39,814 bases of DNA, from the IMG/VR virus record IMGVR_UViG_3300023059_000275, positions 1 to 39,814 of that record. One strand, 5' to 3'. Of the stretch, positions 8,681-18,602 are shown one piece after another. The first letter of the stretch is position 1. The number at the start of each line of letters is the position of its first letter. The notes beneath the pieces were generated by a model, which did not search any database, had not been told where the DNA came from, and worked only from the letters and a program-made list of their open reading frames with translations. The translations under genes were made by a program, and so were the position numbers. Origin of the DNA: a virus (Duplodnaviria > Caudoviricetes).

Positions 8681-11644
8681 TTACAGGTGTGCTGCATCGA
8701 ATAGTTGAGTTGAGGCCCAACGGGCGCCCTGCTCACGCTGGAAAGACTCCCATAGCGAGCGCAACGGCCCTTCCATTTCGCGTACCAGCTGCGCAGGGTC
8801 TTTAACGTCACCCTGCACATTGAGCGGCATGTTCGGCGAGAACGTGAACGCCTGATCGACCTTCGGCGCTTCACCCCGTGGCGCTGCCGCCTTGGCCAGC
8901 TCGGGGGCGCTCGGTGGCGGTGCTGCAGCTGCAGCCATATCGCGCACCACGTTGCCCGTGGGCGGCGCGAGGCCGACACCAGGGAAGCGCACGCGATTGG
9001 CCGTCAGTGCGGGCACAAGGAACGGATCTTTCGAGTTGGGATCACGCGGGTCATACGAAACAGCCGGCGCTGCAGCTGCAGCAGGCGTTTCGGTCGCCGC
9101 CGCCGACTTGGCCATCGCAGCCCCAGGGAACCGAACCTTGTTGGCCGTCAGTGCCGGCACAAGGAACGGGTCTTTTGAGTCGGGGTCACGCGGGTCATAC
9201 GAAACCGCCGGCGCCGGCGGCACTGCAGACGCGGCCAGCGAGACAGGCACAGGCGGCGGCAAAGACGCCGCCGGCGATACAGACGCGACGGGCGGATCTT
9301 CTTGCTTGACCGCCGGCGCCGATTCCTCGGGCTTTTCCTCATCCTCGCCGAACCACTTCTTGCCGAGGAACCCGCCCAGCGACTCACCACCCATACCGCC
9401 GATGGCCGCACCAATGGCACCGCCGATCACAGTCCCGATCACCGGCACGACCGAACCAAGCGCAGCCCCCATCGCACCGCCAGCCATAGCCCCGGCCAAG
9501 CCGCCAGCGGCGCCGCCGTAGCCTTCGGCCTTCTCGTCCTGAGTCGTAGCATTCATCGCGGTATCAATCGCGCCCATGCCCGCGTCAATCACGTTGCCGC
9601 CCGGCAGGCGCTTGGCCAGCCGTGTGACGTTGCGAATGCTGCTGACGGTCTTGCCCAGGCCGGCCAGCTCGCCCGCACCTTCGGCCAGCGCCTTCGGCGC
9701 AATAGGTACGCTTGGCGCCTTGGCGGCCGGTCGAGTCGCCTTGGCCGCCGTCCGTGGCACGGCGCGAGACGTTGCACCCTGCCGCCGGGCGCGGCGACGA
9801 CTGCGGCGACTCCCTGCGCGCTCTCCGGCACCCGTAGCAGCGCCGCCAACACCCCCACCCAATGCGCTGGCATTGACCACAAAGACGCGCTGCGGCTCGC
9901 TGCTGAGGCCTGAGCCTTCATCATTGGCCGCCGCGCCGCCAAAGACCTTGCCCAGCGCGCTCAGACCGGTATCCACAACACGATTGCCCGTCTTGGGCAG
10001 CGCATCGCCGGTACCGCCGGCATTGCGCCCTCGGGTGCGCCCCATGATCGAGCCGCGCGCCACGTTGAAGACGCCGATACCGATCTTGGCAGCGCTAAAC
10101 GTGGTGATCAGCGCCGCGACAGCGGCGGTCACGCCGGCAGCGCCCATTACCATGCCTGGGAACTTGTCCGACAGGCCGGCGATACCCTTCGCTACCCACG
10201 TCAGGCCCTTGGCGGCCGCGTCCGTGGCGGGCCGGATGGCATCGCCAATGCTGCGCATCGATTCATCGACCGATTGCGATAGCTCGGACCACTGCTGCGC
10301 CGATGTTTCGCGGCGCTCAGCCAGGTTCTTGTCCAGAATTCCCGACGAATTCTTGGAGTCGTTTTTAAGCTGCTCATACAGCTCTTTGTTTTGCGAGTAA
10401 GCCGTAAGCGCGGCCTTGACCTGCATGTCTGCAAACAGGTCGCCGGTGCGCAGGGATTTCTCCAGCGCATCGAGCGCCGCCTTGGCCTTCTCCGGGTCGA
10501 CTTCGCTGCTGATCTTGGCCTTGGCGTCCTTGATCTTTTGCGCCTTCGCCGGGTCCGTGGCTTCCACATATTTCATCGCCAGTGCCATCGACGACTCAAT
10601 GCTGCTCATGCCCTTTTGAATGCCGGTATTCAGCGAGCCCTGGTAGTCGATACCAACATCCGCGTAGGCCTTTACCACATCCCCCGAACCGATTTTCTCT
10701 ACCCAGTTCTTGAAGTTGTTGGCCGCTTCGTCCGAGCTGCCCGCCGTCTTCATCTGCACTTGCAGCATGGAGCCGAGCGACGTCACCGCATCCAAGCCGG
10801 TACTGCCGTTCTTTTCCATGCTGGCCAGCAGTTGCGGGAACCAGCGCGCCATATCGCTGGCCTCGAAGCTGCCCGCCTGGCCTTGGTAGGCGATAGCCTC
10901 CAACGCCTGCTGCATGACCTTCGGGTCGTTGATCTTGGCGTTCTGCTGCAGCGCCATGATCATGCTGGCCGTATCGACGCCCGACGCGCCCTGCCCCACG
11001 GCGAACTTGGCCGCAATCGGTGCGTAGGCCATGGCCTTGTCCAGTTCCATGCCAGCGCCGACTAATTGGTTGATCAGATCCGCCACGCCGTTGCGGGCCA
11101 TGCCAGTGTCTTTGGACGTGCTGATCACCGTCCGGCTTAGCTGCACTTCCTGGGGCTTGTTGACCGCATCCGCCTTGATCGCAATATCACGGATGATCGC
11201 CTGATAATCCGCGCTGATCTTGGTCGGGATCGCCGTCAACCCCATCCCGATAACGGCCTTTTGAACACCGGACGCGAGCGCAGACTTTCCCCCTCCGATC
11301 TGCTGATGACCTTTGACCTGCAGATCGGCTGCTTTCGCCTCGCGCGTCAGGCGCTTGTACTCTTGGCCGAGCCGACCGACCTCGACGCCCTGCTTGCGCA
11401 AGGCCGTCAAATTACCCTCCAGCTTGCGCAGCAGCTTGTCGGCGCCGGCGGCGCCGGTGTCGTGCGCCCGCTTCCATTCCTCGCGCAGCTTGACCGTTTC
11501 GCCAATGGTGCTTTTCAGCACCTTGGCCTTGTTGCCTTTCTTTTCCAGCTTGCCAATACGGTCCTCGACCGTGTTGAATGCGGCGCCGACCGACGATGCG
11601 ACGGCGCCCCCGATCACCAGCGATAACGCCAGCTTGTTTGCCAT
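8681..11644 (-). CDS. tail tape measure protein
   Basis: 987 aa, Ala/Gly-rich helical protein with a GQAGSFEASDMA core, located after the tail chaperone. Confidence 0.92.
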   Translation of the reverse strand: MANKLALSLVIGGAVASSVGAAFNTVEDRIGKLEKKGNKAKVLKSTIGETVKLREEWKRAHDTGAAGADKLLRKLEGNLTALRKQGVEVGRLGQEYKRLTREAKAADLQVKGHQQIGGGKSALASGVQKAVIGMGLTAIPTKISADYQAIIRDIAIKADAVNKPQEVQLSRTVISTSKDTGMARNGVADLINQLVGAGMELDKAMAYAPIAAKFAVGQGASGVDTASMIMALQQNAKINDPKVMQQALEAIAYQGQAGSFEASDMARWFPQLLASMEKNGSTGLDAVTSLGSMLQVQMKTAGSSDEAANNFKNWVEKIGSGDVVKAYADVGIDYQGSLNTGIQKGMSSIESSMALAMKYVEATDPAKAQKIKDAKAKISSEVDPEKAKAALDALEKSLRTGDLFADMQVKAALTAYSQNKELYEQLKNDSKNSSGILDKNLAERRETSAQQWSELSQSVDESMRSIGDAIRPATDAAAKGLTWVAKGIAGLSDKFPGMVMGAAGVTAAVAALITTFSAAKIGIGVFNVARGSIMGRTRGRNAGGTGDALPKTGNRVVDTGLSALGKVFGGAAANDEGSGLSSEPQRVFVVNASALGGGVGGAATGAGERAGSRRSRRRARRQGATSRAVPRTAAKATRPAAKAPSVPIAPKALAEGAGELAGLGKTVSSIRNVTRLAKRLPGGNVIDAGMGAIDTAMNATTQDEKAEGYGGAAGGLAGAMAGGAMGAALGSVVPVIGTVIGGAIGAAIGGMGGESLGGFLGKKWFGEDEEKPEESAPAVKQEDPPVASVSPAASLPPPVPVSLAASAVPPAPAVSYDPRDPDSKDPFLVPALTANKVRFPGAAMAKSAAATETPAAAAAPAVSYDPRDPNSKDPFLVPALTANRVRFPGVGLAPPTGNVVRDMAAAAAPPPSAPELAKAAAPRGEAPKVDQAFTFSPNMPLNVQGDVKDPAQLVREMEGPLRSLWESFQREQGARWASTQLFDAAHL
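8979..9214 (-). repeat. in-frame ~92 bp direct repeat within the tape measure gene
   Basis: Copies at 8979-9070 and 9123-9214 (offset 144) encode APAVSYDPRDP[D/N]SKDPFLVPALTAN[K/R]VRFPG. Confidence 0.9.
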
Positions 11645-11662
11645 ACGCTACCCCTCAACGGC

Positions 11663-11779
11663 TCAATCCGTGAGCCACCAAACCACATCCTCCCAAGCCA
11701 TGGCCGCTATCTCAGCGGCCGAGAAACCCAGCTCGACAGCCAGCCGCTTGGCCAGCTGCTTTTGCAACTTGGGGTTAAA
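11663..11779 (-). CDS. frameshift extension (E'-like) of the tail assembly chaperone
   Basis: The +1 frame after GAG CTT TAA reads FNPKLQKQLAKRLAVELGFSAAEIAAMAWEDVVWWLTD*; resembles P2 E' and has no RBS/ATG at its start. Confidence 0.7.
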   Translation of the reverse strand, partial: FNPKLQKQLAKRLAVELGFSAAEIAAMAWEDVVWWLTD

Positions 11780-12074
11780 GCTCGTCGTCCTGCACCAGGC
11801 GAAAATAGCCAGTCTGCAGACGGGTGTAGTCTTTCAGGGCCATGCCTTCCAGCTCCTTTACGCCGACCTCGGCGAGGCTGGCAAACAGGTTGAGTTCTCG
11901 CTGCTCTTCGTCGCCGGCACCGCCCTGCGCGCTGCGGATATCGCGCACGGTCGGCGCGCGCAGCGACAGCTTGTCGACTTGAATGCCATTGGCAACGATG
12001 GGCATGGTGAGGGTGACAGTCACGCGGTCGCCGGTAACGACCAGCCAGGACGGGGTTTTGGTTGCTTGTGCCAT
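11775..12074 (-). CDS. tail assembly chaperone (gpE / Mu gp41-like)
   Basis: LRAPTVRD..LFASLA..MALKDY; lies between tube and tape measure genes. Confidence 0.88.
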   Translation of the reverse strand: MAQATKTPSWLVVTGDRVTVTLTMPIVANGIQVDKLSLRAPTVRDIRSAQGGAGDEEQRELNLFASLAEVGVKELEGMALKDYTRLQTGYFRLVQDDEL

Positions 12075-12107
12075 GGGGAAAATCCTTATTTCAAAAAAGA
12101 GAGGGGA

Positions 12108-12617
12108 TTACAGGCCGAGGGCGGTGCGCTGTGCCGCGAGCTGGTCAACGCCGTTGATAACGCGCTTCATGCCTAGGGCGTCGATTTCGTAGATGACCCG
12201 GCCGTCGACTTCCAGCTTGTAATAGGTAAGAGCTACGGCGTGCTTGAACTCGGCTTTATCGCCGGGCTTCCAGTCGCCCATGTCCACCTCTTTAAGGCTG
12301 CCGCGCAGGGTGACGATAACGGCGGTGATCTTGCCTTTTAGGCCTTTGAAGGCGCCCCGGAACGTGCCGTTGAAGCCGGTCCCATCGGCCAAGCCAAAGA
12401 ACTTCAACGACTCGCGGCGCACGCCGGTGGTGGTGAAGCTGGCTTCTTGCTTCTCCATGCCCTGGTCCATCTCGATAGGCACGTCCATGCCGCCGGGGCG
12501 GTGCTCTTCCATCTTGAGCGTGAGCTTGGGCAGGGTCAGGCTGGGCACATCGCCCTGAAAGCTGACGCCATCGACAAACAGGTTCAGGTTGGCCAGAGTT
12601 TCGGGAATCATTGCCAT
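12108..12617 (-). CDS. major tail tube protein (P2 FII-like)
   Basis: LTLPKLT..EEHRPGGMD and YYKLEVDG..EID..INGVD motifs. Confidence 0.93.
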   Translation of the reverse strand: MAMIPETLANLNLFVDGVSFQGDVPSLTLPKLTLKMEEHRPGGMDVPIEMDQGMEKQEASFTTTGVRRESLKFFGLADGTGFNGTFRGAFKGLKGKITAVIVTLRGSLKEVDMGDWKPGDKAEFKHAVALTYYKLEVDGRVIYEIDALGMKRVINGVDQLAAQRTALGL

Positions 12618-12630
12618 GGTGGTGCGCTCC

Positions 12631-13797
12631 TTAAGCGTTGGTCGCGAGTACTTCGGTCAGCCATTGATTGGTGACTTCGACGCGGAAATTGGGGTTCTCA
12701 GCCGGCGGCACATCGGTAAACCGGATGTTCCAGTACACCTTGCCCTGCTCCAGCTGGCTGGCCGTGTTCAACTCGCCGTCCGCGTAGACCTCGAAGTTGA
12801 TGATTGCGCCCTGATTCTTGAGGTCGCGCATGAACGCCTGCAGACCTTCGGTCACGTCCTTGACATAGGTTGCGGTGATCGAGCGGTCGACCGCCCATTT
12901 GTGCCCGTACAGGATCGCGTCCATGACGATATCCATCGTGCGCACGCGGGTGACGAACGCCCATTTCGCATCTGCCGACAAGGTGCGGTTGCCCCACAGG
13001 CGGTAGCCGTCGTCGCGGATGATCGTCGCGATATTGGCGTTGTTGAGTAGGTTGGCCCGGCAGGTTTCGTCACCGTCGAGGAATTCAATCGGGCGACTGG
13101 TGCCGGTGATCCCGACGAACTCTTTGTTCGAGGGCGAGGCCCAAAAGCCGTACTCCGAGTCAGTCCAGGCGAACAGGCCAGCGACATAGGCCGAGCCAGG
13201 CGCGTCGACCGTGGCGCTTGCAGTGGTGTCCCAGTACTGCACCCCCGGATCGACCATGTAGGCGCGCTTGGCGCCGAACTCGCCGGCGTAGGCCATGGCG
13301 GCCTCATCGGTGGTGTTGGGGCCGTCGATGATCGCGATTGCCCGCAGCTTGTCAGCCAACGCCACCAGCGCAGTACCGACCGCCTGGGTCGCGCTGTGCT
13401 TGGGCGTCACCAGCAGTCGCGGCTGGGCGTTGAACCGGCTTTTACCATCGAGTAGCGCTTGCAGGCCGGTACGCTTGCCGCCCAGCAGCGTGCCGCCGAT
13501 GATCGCCGAGGTCTGCTCGGCCGCGTCCTCAAGCTTGGCCACGCCGCACGCGACAATGACCGCCTTGGCGCGGGTGTAGATGGCTTTGCAGGCCATGGTG
13601 ATCGCCGAGTCAGCGCCGAACGCGGCAATAGCCTCGCGCTCGCTGGTGATCAGCACCAGGTCATTAGGCTGCGCAGTGAGCGCCGGCGCTGGGGTAAAGG
13701 TGTCGACCAAGCCAATGATCGAGGACGAAGGCAGAGCGATGGTGCGCGCGCCGGTATCGACGTTCGTTACGGTAACGCCGTGAAAGAAGCCAGACAT
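12631..13797 (-). CDS. tail sheath protein (P2 FI-like)
   Basis: FFHGVTV, FWASPSN and GYRLWGNRT motifs; GGAG RBS. Confidence 0.95.
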   Translation of the reverse strand: MSGFFHGVTVTNVDTGARTIALPSSSIIGLVDTFTPAPALTAQPNDLVLITSEREAIAAFGADSAITMACKAIYTRAKAVIVACGVAKLEDAAEQTSAIIGGTLLGGKRTGLQALLDGKSRFNAQPRLLVTPKHSATQAVGTALVALADKLRAIAIIDGPNTTDEAAMAYAGEFGAKRAYMVDPGVQYWDTTASATVDAPGSAYVAGLFAWTDSEYGFWASPSNKEFVGITGTSRPIEFLDGDETCRANLLNNANIATIIRDDGYRLWGNRTLSADAKWAFVTRVRTMDIVMDAILYGHKWAVDRSITATYVKDVTEGLQAFMRDLKNQGAIINFEVYADGELNTASQLEQGKVYWNIRFTDVPPAENPNFRVEVTNQWLTEVLATNA

Positions 13798-13812
13798 AGA
13801 CTCTCCAGATAT

Positions 13813-13884
13813 GAAAAGGCCCCGCGTCAGCGAGGCCATGGGGATACAGCGGAAAAGAAAACGCCCCGTCAGTGCGGGGCGTTA
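13813..13884 (-). terminator. two tandem terminator-like hairpins before the sheath gene
   Basis: Minus strand AACGCCCCGC-ACT-GACGGGGCGTTTTCTTTT and GGCCTCGC-TGAC-GCGGGGCCTTTTC. Confidence 0.65.
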
Positions 13885-14310
13885 TTGGGTTTGGTCGGCG
13901 ATCCAGGGCGGTGCGACCGGCCTGCGCTCGAGCACAGGGAAATGTTCTGACTGGGGCCAGTCGCGCAGATCCTGCAGGTAGCTCAACAGCTCGCCGAACT
14001 GCTCAGCTGACAGCGTGGTTTCTCGCTGCAGATCCTGCTCGTCGCGGTGACGCTCACGCAGCCATGCTGTTCGCGTGACCTCCTGATCGCGCCAAACACG
14101 TTCACGCGCTTCCTCCTCCTCTCGCGTCTGCACGAAAGGTGCAGGGTCGACAAGGACCAAGTGACCAGCTTGAAAAACGATCTGCTTGCCAGCGTTACGC
14201 CCAGTAGATAGCTCTTGGAACTGCTCACCTGAAACGTCGACGGCATCGCCGGGGATATCTTTGTGAATACGGCCGTCGTAGAACAAGCCGGTTGAAAGGC
14301 TAAATTGCAT
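13882..14310 (-). CDS. tail fibre assembly chaperone
   Basis: GLFYD..H..IPGDAV, ERVWRD and LRDWPQS..FP...RPVAP motifs; AGGAG RBS. Confidence 0.85.
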   Translation of the reverse strand: MQFSLSTGLFYDGRIHKDIPGDAVDVSGEQFQELSTGRNAGKQIVFQAGHLVLVDPAPFVQTREEEEARERVWRDQEVTRTAWLRERHRDEQDLQRETTLSAEQFGELLSYLQDLRDWPQSEHFPVLERRPVAPPWIADQTQ

Positions 14311-14318
14311 ACTTACTC

Positions 14319-16793
14319 CTAGCGCCCCAGCGCGAAAACCCAACCCTTGCCACCACCACCCCAAGTGCCGGAAGCGGTCCATATGTAGCGGCTTACATCC
14401 GTAACACCGAGGACGGTCCCGTAATTCCCGGCATAACTCTGCATGGTTCCGGAGTGCAATTGCACCCAAGCCCCATACACTGTGGAAGTGAACGGGACCG
14501 GGAAGTACCGATAGTCCGTCTCGCTTGAAGACTCGTCACTAGCCGACCACTGAATCATCAGCCCGCCCAACCAGGTCGGCAGCTTGATATAGCCGTTGGA
14601 GTCAAAGCGGTAGCCAAAGCCTGACAACAGGAAGGATGGACACACCGCAAGGTAACCAGCAGCGCCCGCTACCACCTCGTTAAGCGTTGCAAAGCGCGTG
14701 ATCCCGGCGACGGTTTCGCCAGCGGCCTTTAGCTTCCGGCCAAAGTAGTAAGCCAGGCCGCCAACGCTGACCCACTTTTTGTTTGAAACGCCTTCGTCCA
14801 GATCTGCTGGTGTGGCCTGCATGCCGGAATCAATGATCTCTGCGATGTTCGCCCCGAAACTCGGCGCAGCCCCCGGCGCGACCCCCGCTGCCCATTTGCG
14901 GACAAACGCCGCCCCATCCGCACCTCCAATAACAATGGCGGCTTTGTTGGAGCTGTGTTTTACCCACTGTGTGCCATTCCAGTATGCGTTTTGGGCGACG
15001 CTCGATTCGTTCGGAGAACTGATAAACGCGTAGTTATCAGCGTGCAAGTCATAGCTACCGCCCGGTAGCGGGTTGATATTCGGGATCGCATCAGTAATGC
15101 CGTAGTCGGCCAGCGTGGTCCCTTTTTCAGCCTTGGTGCCAACCGCCGTCTGGACGAATGCAGTGTTGGCCAACTGCTGTGTGTTGGCACCCTTCGCTGC
15201 AGTCGGCCCAGTTGGGTTACCCGTGAAAGACGGACTGTCCAGATTCGCCAGTTCAAAGGGCGCTTGCCAAGTACCATCGTTTTTGCTGGCTCGTCCGAAA
15301 ATCCGCTTTTGATACGGGTAGTTGCTGATCTCGAAGCCGCGATTGGAGGAGTACACCATGCGCTGCGTGAACGCGCCACTGCCGTATGGTGAGATAGTTG
15401 ACGGGTAGTAGTAGTTGCCCGACGGCAGCGTTGCCAATTCTTCCTGAGTGGCAGGAATTACGCCGCCGTTGTTATGGCCAAGCCCATATTGAGCCAGCAG
15501 CCTGCGCGCCCAGAACGTGTTCACTGCGCTGTAATCTCTTGAGTCTACCTCAACAGTGGGCACTCTTGGATTCCCGGTAAAGAACGGGCTGGCCAGCGGT
15601 GCCTTGAGGCCCAGCGCATTCATCACGGTGGCCGCAAAGTTGGGGTCGTTGCCCAGCGCGGCGGCCAACTCGTTTAACGTGTCCAGCGCTTCAGGTGAAG
15701 ATGAGACCAGCTTGGAGATTGCAGTCCTGATAGCCGCAGTCACAAACGCCGTGTTGGACACTCGCTTGCTGTCGTCACTAGCCGGTGGCGTTGGAGCCAG
15801 TGGCGTCCCGGTGAAGTCGGGGCTGTCCAGCGGCGCCTTGGCCGCAAGCGCGGTATTGATCTCGGTTTTGGTGTACACGTCGGTCAGGCCATAGCCGGCG
15901 ATGGTAGTGGGGTTAGTAGCCGCAATAACATGACCGCTCTTGTCGACCGTCACGCTGCGGTAAGTGCCGGCAGCCACGCCCGTGCGACCAAACACCATCT
16001 CGAAGCTCAAACCGGACACGCCCAGGCTGATCAGCGCATCAGTGACCAACTGCCAGATGCTGTCGCTATTGGCCGTGCCCTTCTCCACATGCACCAACAG
16101 CCCAGGCGTCACCTTGGCGCTGGTGTCCGCGTCCGCAGATCGAATCCAGGCGCCGGCAGCCACGACATACAGGCCGTTGTCCTTTGGCACCGTCTGATTC
16201 TTGACCAACACGCGGTTGCCGGCCAACAGCGCAATTCCGTCAACCGTCTGCAGCCCGCTCAAAACGATGTTAGCCGTGGTGGCCACCACCACCGAATGCT
16301 TGAAATCCTGCCGCGCCAGTTCCTCTGTCACCCATTCGCGGGTTGCCAAGACAACGCTGGGGTCAATCTTGAGCTCGACGTTGCTGGAGCTGCTGACCAC
16401 CAGGCTCATGCGCACGATCTGGGTCCGGCCCGAACCTTGGTTCAGCAGCGGCTTATAGGTCGGCGCGCAGTTGGCCACCGCAATCAAGTCGCCGTCCGCG
16501 TCGTATAGGCCGATCTCCCGAATCCACTTGCCACCGACCTCAGCGGGAATCACCTGCTCGGCAACGATGATCGACGGGTCTTTATCGTCCACCTTCAACT
16601 GATTCAGCGGCGCGCGGCGCCATTCGTTGAGCAGCGAGCGCTGCAGGGCACTCGGGGTCGGGTCGGTGCCGTTGGCGTCGCCAATCCCCATTTGAGTGAT
16701 CTTGAGTACAAGCCCCAACGCGCTCGCGTTGGCCAGCTTTGCCGCGCCCACGTTCGTGAGGATCGCGTAGAACTGTGAGTTCTGGTCAACCAT
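14319..16793 (-). CDS. tail fibre protein
   Basis: P2 gpH-like N-terminus (ILTNVGAAKLA, WIREIGL), three SP.FTG.P..PT repeats, C-terminal GYIKLP..GGLMIQW domain. Confidence 0.93.
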   Translation of the reverse strand: MVDQNSQFYAILTNVGAAKLANASALGLVLKITQMGIGDANGTDPTPSALQRSLLNEWRRAPLNQLKVDDKDPSIIVAEQVIPAEVGGKWIREIGLYDADGDLIAVANCAPTYKPLLNQGSGRTQIVRMSLVVSSSSNVELKIDPSVVLATREWVTEELARQDFKHSVVVATTANIVLSGLQTVDGIALLAGNRVLVKNQTVPKDNGLYVVAAGAWIRSADADTSAKVTPGLLVHVEKGTANSDSIWQLVTDALISLGVSGLSFEMVFGRTGVAAGTYRSVTVDKSGHVIAATNPTTIAGYGLTDVYTKTEINTALAAKAPLDSPDFTGTPLAPTPPASDDSKRVSNTAFVTAAIRTAISKLVSSSPEALDTLNELAAALGNDPNFAATVMNALGLKAPLASPFFTGNPRVPTVEVDSRDYSAVNTFWARRLLAQYGLGHNNGGVIPATQEELATLPSGNYYYPSTISPYGSGAFTQRMVYSSNRGFEISNYPYQKRIFGRASKNDGTWQAPFELANLDSPSFTGNPTGPTAAKGANTQQLANTAFVQTAVGTKAEKGTTLADYGITDAIPNINPLPGGSYDLHADNYAFISSPNESSVAQNAYWNGTQWVKHSSNKAAIVIGGADGAAFVRKWAAGVAPGAAPSFGANIAEIIDSGMQATPADLDEGVSNKKWVSVGGLAYYFGRKLKAAGETVAGITRFATLNEVVAGAAGYLAVCPSFLLSGFGYRFDSNGYIKLPTWLGGLMIQWSASDESSSETDYRYFPVPFTSTVYGAWVQLHSGTMQSYAGNYGTVLGVTDVSRYIWTASGTWGGGGKGWVFALGR

Positions 16794-17394
16794 ATGCAAT
16801 GTCCATTGTGTCGATGGTGTGTTCACGGCCGCCACGACCGATACGGCCGACGACTTCGATATCTCGCTGGGTAGGCGGGTATACGTCGAGCACGTCGCCC
16901 TCGGTCATCGAGCAGCCCACATAGAACCGGCCTTTTGTCTCCAGGCTGATCGCAAGCCCCGTCATGTGGCGGGAAACTGGGCGAGCGTCATCGAGCAGCG
17001 CCGTCAGCTCGGTGTAAGTGCCTTCATCAATGCCCTCGTCTGAAACGCCGACCTTTAAGGCGAACGTACCCGGCACGCCCTCGGGAACCATGTTCCACCA
17101 CTCCACGACCTCGATCAGGTAGCCGAACGGCTCCACCACGCGCCGCAGAGCGCCGATGGTGCCCTTGCGGGAATGAACGAAGTACGCAGAGCGGATCACC
17201 GAGCGCTTTACCACCTCCGACCAAGTGTCATCCCAGCGGTCCACCGACCACGCCCAAGCGAGCTGGTAGAGCAGGTGCGCCGGGCAGGTGTCGGGGTTGT
17301 ACAGGGTGCGCAGCGTGATTCTGGTTCGGTCGAGCGCGGCGGCGCCGATGGCCCGCTCCAGTGGCGTGCTGTTATTGGGCAGCAGCGCCGTCAT
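16786..17394 (-). CDS. tail protein I (P2-like)
   Basis: LLPNNSTPLE, LAWAWSVDRWD and HSRKGTIGA motifs. Confidence 0.93.
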   Translation of the reverse strand: MTALLPNNSTPLERAIGAAALDRTRITLRTLYNPDTCPAHLLYQLAWAWSVDRWDDTWSEVVKRSVIRSAYFVHSRKGTIGALRRVVEPFGYLIEVVEWWNMVPEGVPGTFALKVGVSDEGIDEGTYTELTALLDDARPVSRHMTGLAISLETKGRFYVGCSMTEGDVLDVYPPTQRDIEVVGRIGRGGREHTIDTMDIAYG

Positions 17395-18275
17395 GGCAGC
17401 GCGCCCCGCGTTACGGTCACGTCACTGCACCAGGCCGCCTGGGCCTTGGTCGGTCGGATATCAGACCAATTTTCGATTTCCACGCGCTTGACGCCGGCAA
17501 CGTGCAATTGTGCGTCAATGGCCGAACGGGAGACTTCCACGCCGAGGCGCCGGCGCGGGTTCTTCCACGCCTCCAACCGGGCTTTGGCCTCAGCCAGCAC
17601 CGCCTCACCTTCTGGCCCATTGCCGGCTAGATACACCACGGCATTGATCTGGTAACGCAGGATCTGCGCAGTACGCACGTTGACCCGATCCGCGACCGGG
17701 CGCACGTCATCATCATTGATGTGTGCGGCGACCGTGGCCAGCAGCTCGTCGCTGGCAGTGCCGTCACCGTCCAGGCTCAACACTGTTACGTCGACCACTG
17801 CCGGCGACGGACTTTCGGCGGTGGCATCGGCCACCAGGCCCGATGCGTTACGGGCGTGCATGATGTAGCTGTTTCGGGGGCCGGCCGTGGTCAGCCCCTC
17901 ATAGACCAACTGCACCCGCTCGCGCAGGGCGTCGTCTTCCTCGAGCACCTCGGGCACCGGTGGCACCGCGGTCAAATCCTCGGCCTGCACCACCAGGCGC
18001 TGCAGCTCAACATTGGCCGCCAGTTGATCCAGATCCGAGCCTTTGGCGTAGGCCAGCAACAGCGCCTTGGCAGCGTCGTTGACCCGCGCCCGGTCCTGAA
18101 CCCGCCAGTACGCGACCAATTCCAGAATCTTGACCACTGGATCACTCTCCAGTGGCGCCGACCAGTTGTCGCCCAGGTACTCCCTGAACACCGCCAGCGC
18201 GGACTCATACATGACTTCAAAGTCCAGGCTTTCCAGCACCTGCGGCGCCGGCAGCGCCGCCAAGTCGATTGTCAT
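17391..18275 (-). CDS. baseplate J protein
   Basis: IDLAALPAP, ESDP, GSDLDQLAA and TAGPRNSY motifs. Confidence 0.93.
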   Translation of the reverse strand: MTIDLAALPAPQVLESLDFEVMYESALAVFREYLGDNWSAPLESDPVVKILELVAYWRVQDRARVNDAAKALLLAYAKGSDLDQLAANVELQRLVVQAEDLTAVPPVPEVLEEDDALRERVQLVYEGLTTAGPRNSYIMHARNASGLVADATAESPSPAVVDVTVLSLDGDGTASDELLATVAAHINDDDVRPVADRVNVRTAQILRYQINAVVYLAGNGPEGEAVLAEAKARLEAWKNPRRRLGVEVSRSAIDAQLHVAGVKRVEIENWSDIRPTKAQAAWCSDVTVTRGALP

Positions 18276-18598
18276 GCGCTCACCTCAATGACTGAGCTGT
18301 CACCCAGGTACTCCCCGGTTAACTGCATCGTGATTTGCCCGTCGACAACAGCCGTCACCCGCACACGCTCCAGCCGAAAACGCGGCTCCCAGCGGCCAAG
18401 GGCGCGGGCGACCTCGGCTTGCACTGCGCTTTTCCAGCCATCGTTAACCGGCAGGTCGACGTAACGACGTAGGCGGCTGCCGTATTCCGGCCGCATCCGG
18501 CGGCTGCCGATTGGCGTCGTCAGAATGTCTTCAATGGATTGCCGCAGATGGCCCAGGCCGGACAACGGCAACCCTGTGCGGCGATCCATTCCGAGCAT
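18272..18598 (-). CDS. baseplate wedge protein gpW/gp25
   Basis: HLRQSIEDILTTPIGSRRMRPEYGS and WEPR motifs. Confidence 0.93.
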   Translation of the reverse strand: MLGMDRRTGLPLSGLGHLRQSIEDILTTPIGSRRMRPEYGSRLRRYVDLPVNDGWKSAVQAEVARALGRWEPRFRLERVRVTAVVDGQITMQLTGEYLGDSSVIEVSA

Positions 18599-18602
18599 GG
18601 GG

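Noticed and set aside
8979-9214. Repeat pair as DGR template/variable region
   Set aside because: Both copies are in-frame in one gene, differences are not adenine-specific, and no reverse transcriptase is present.
13882-16793. Invertible tail-fibre cassette
   Set aside because: No invertase, no second inverted fibre end and no flanking inverted sites seen.
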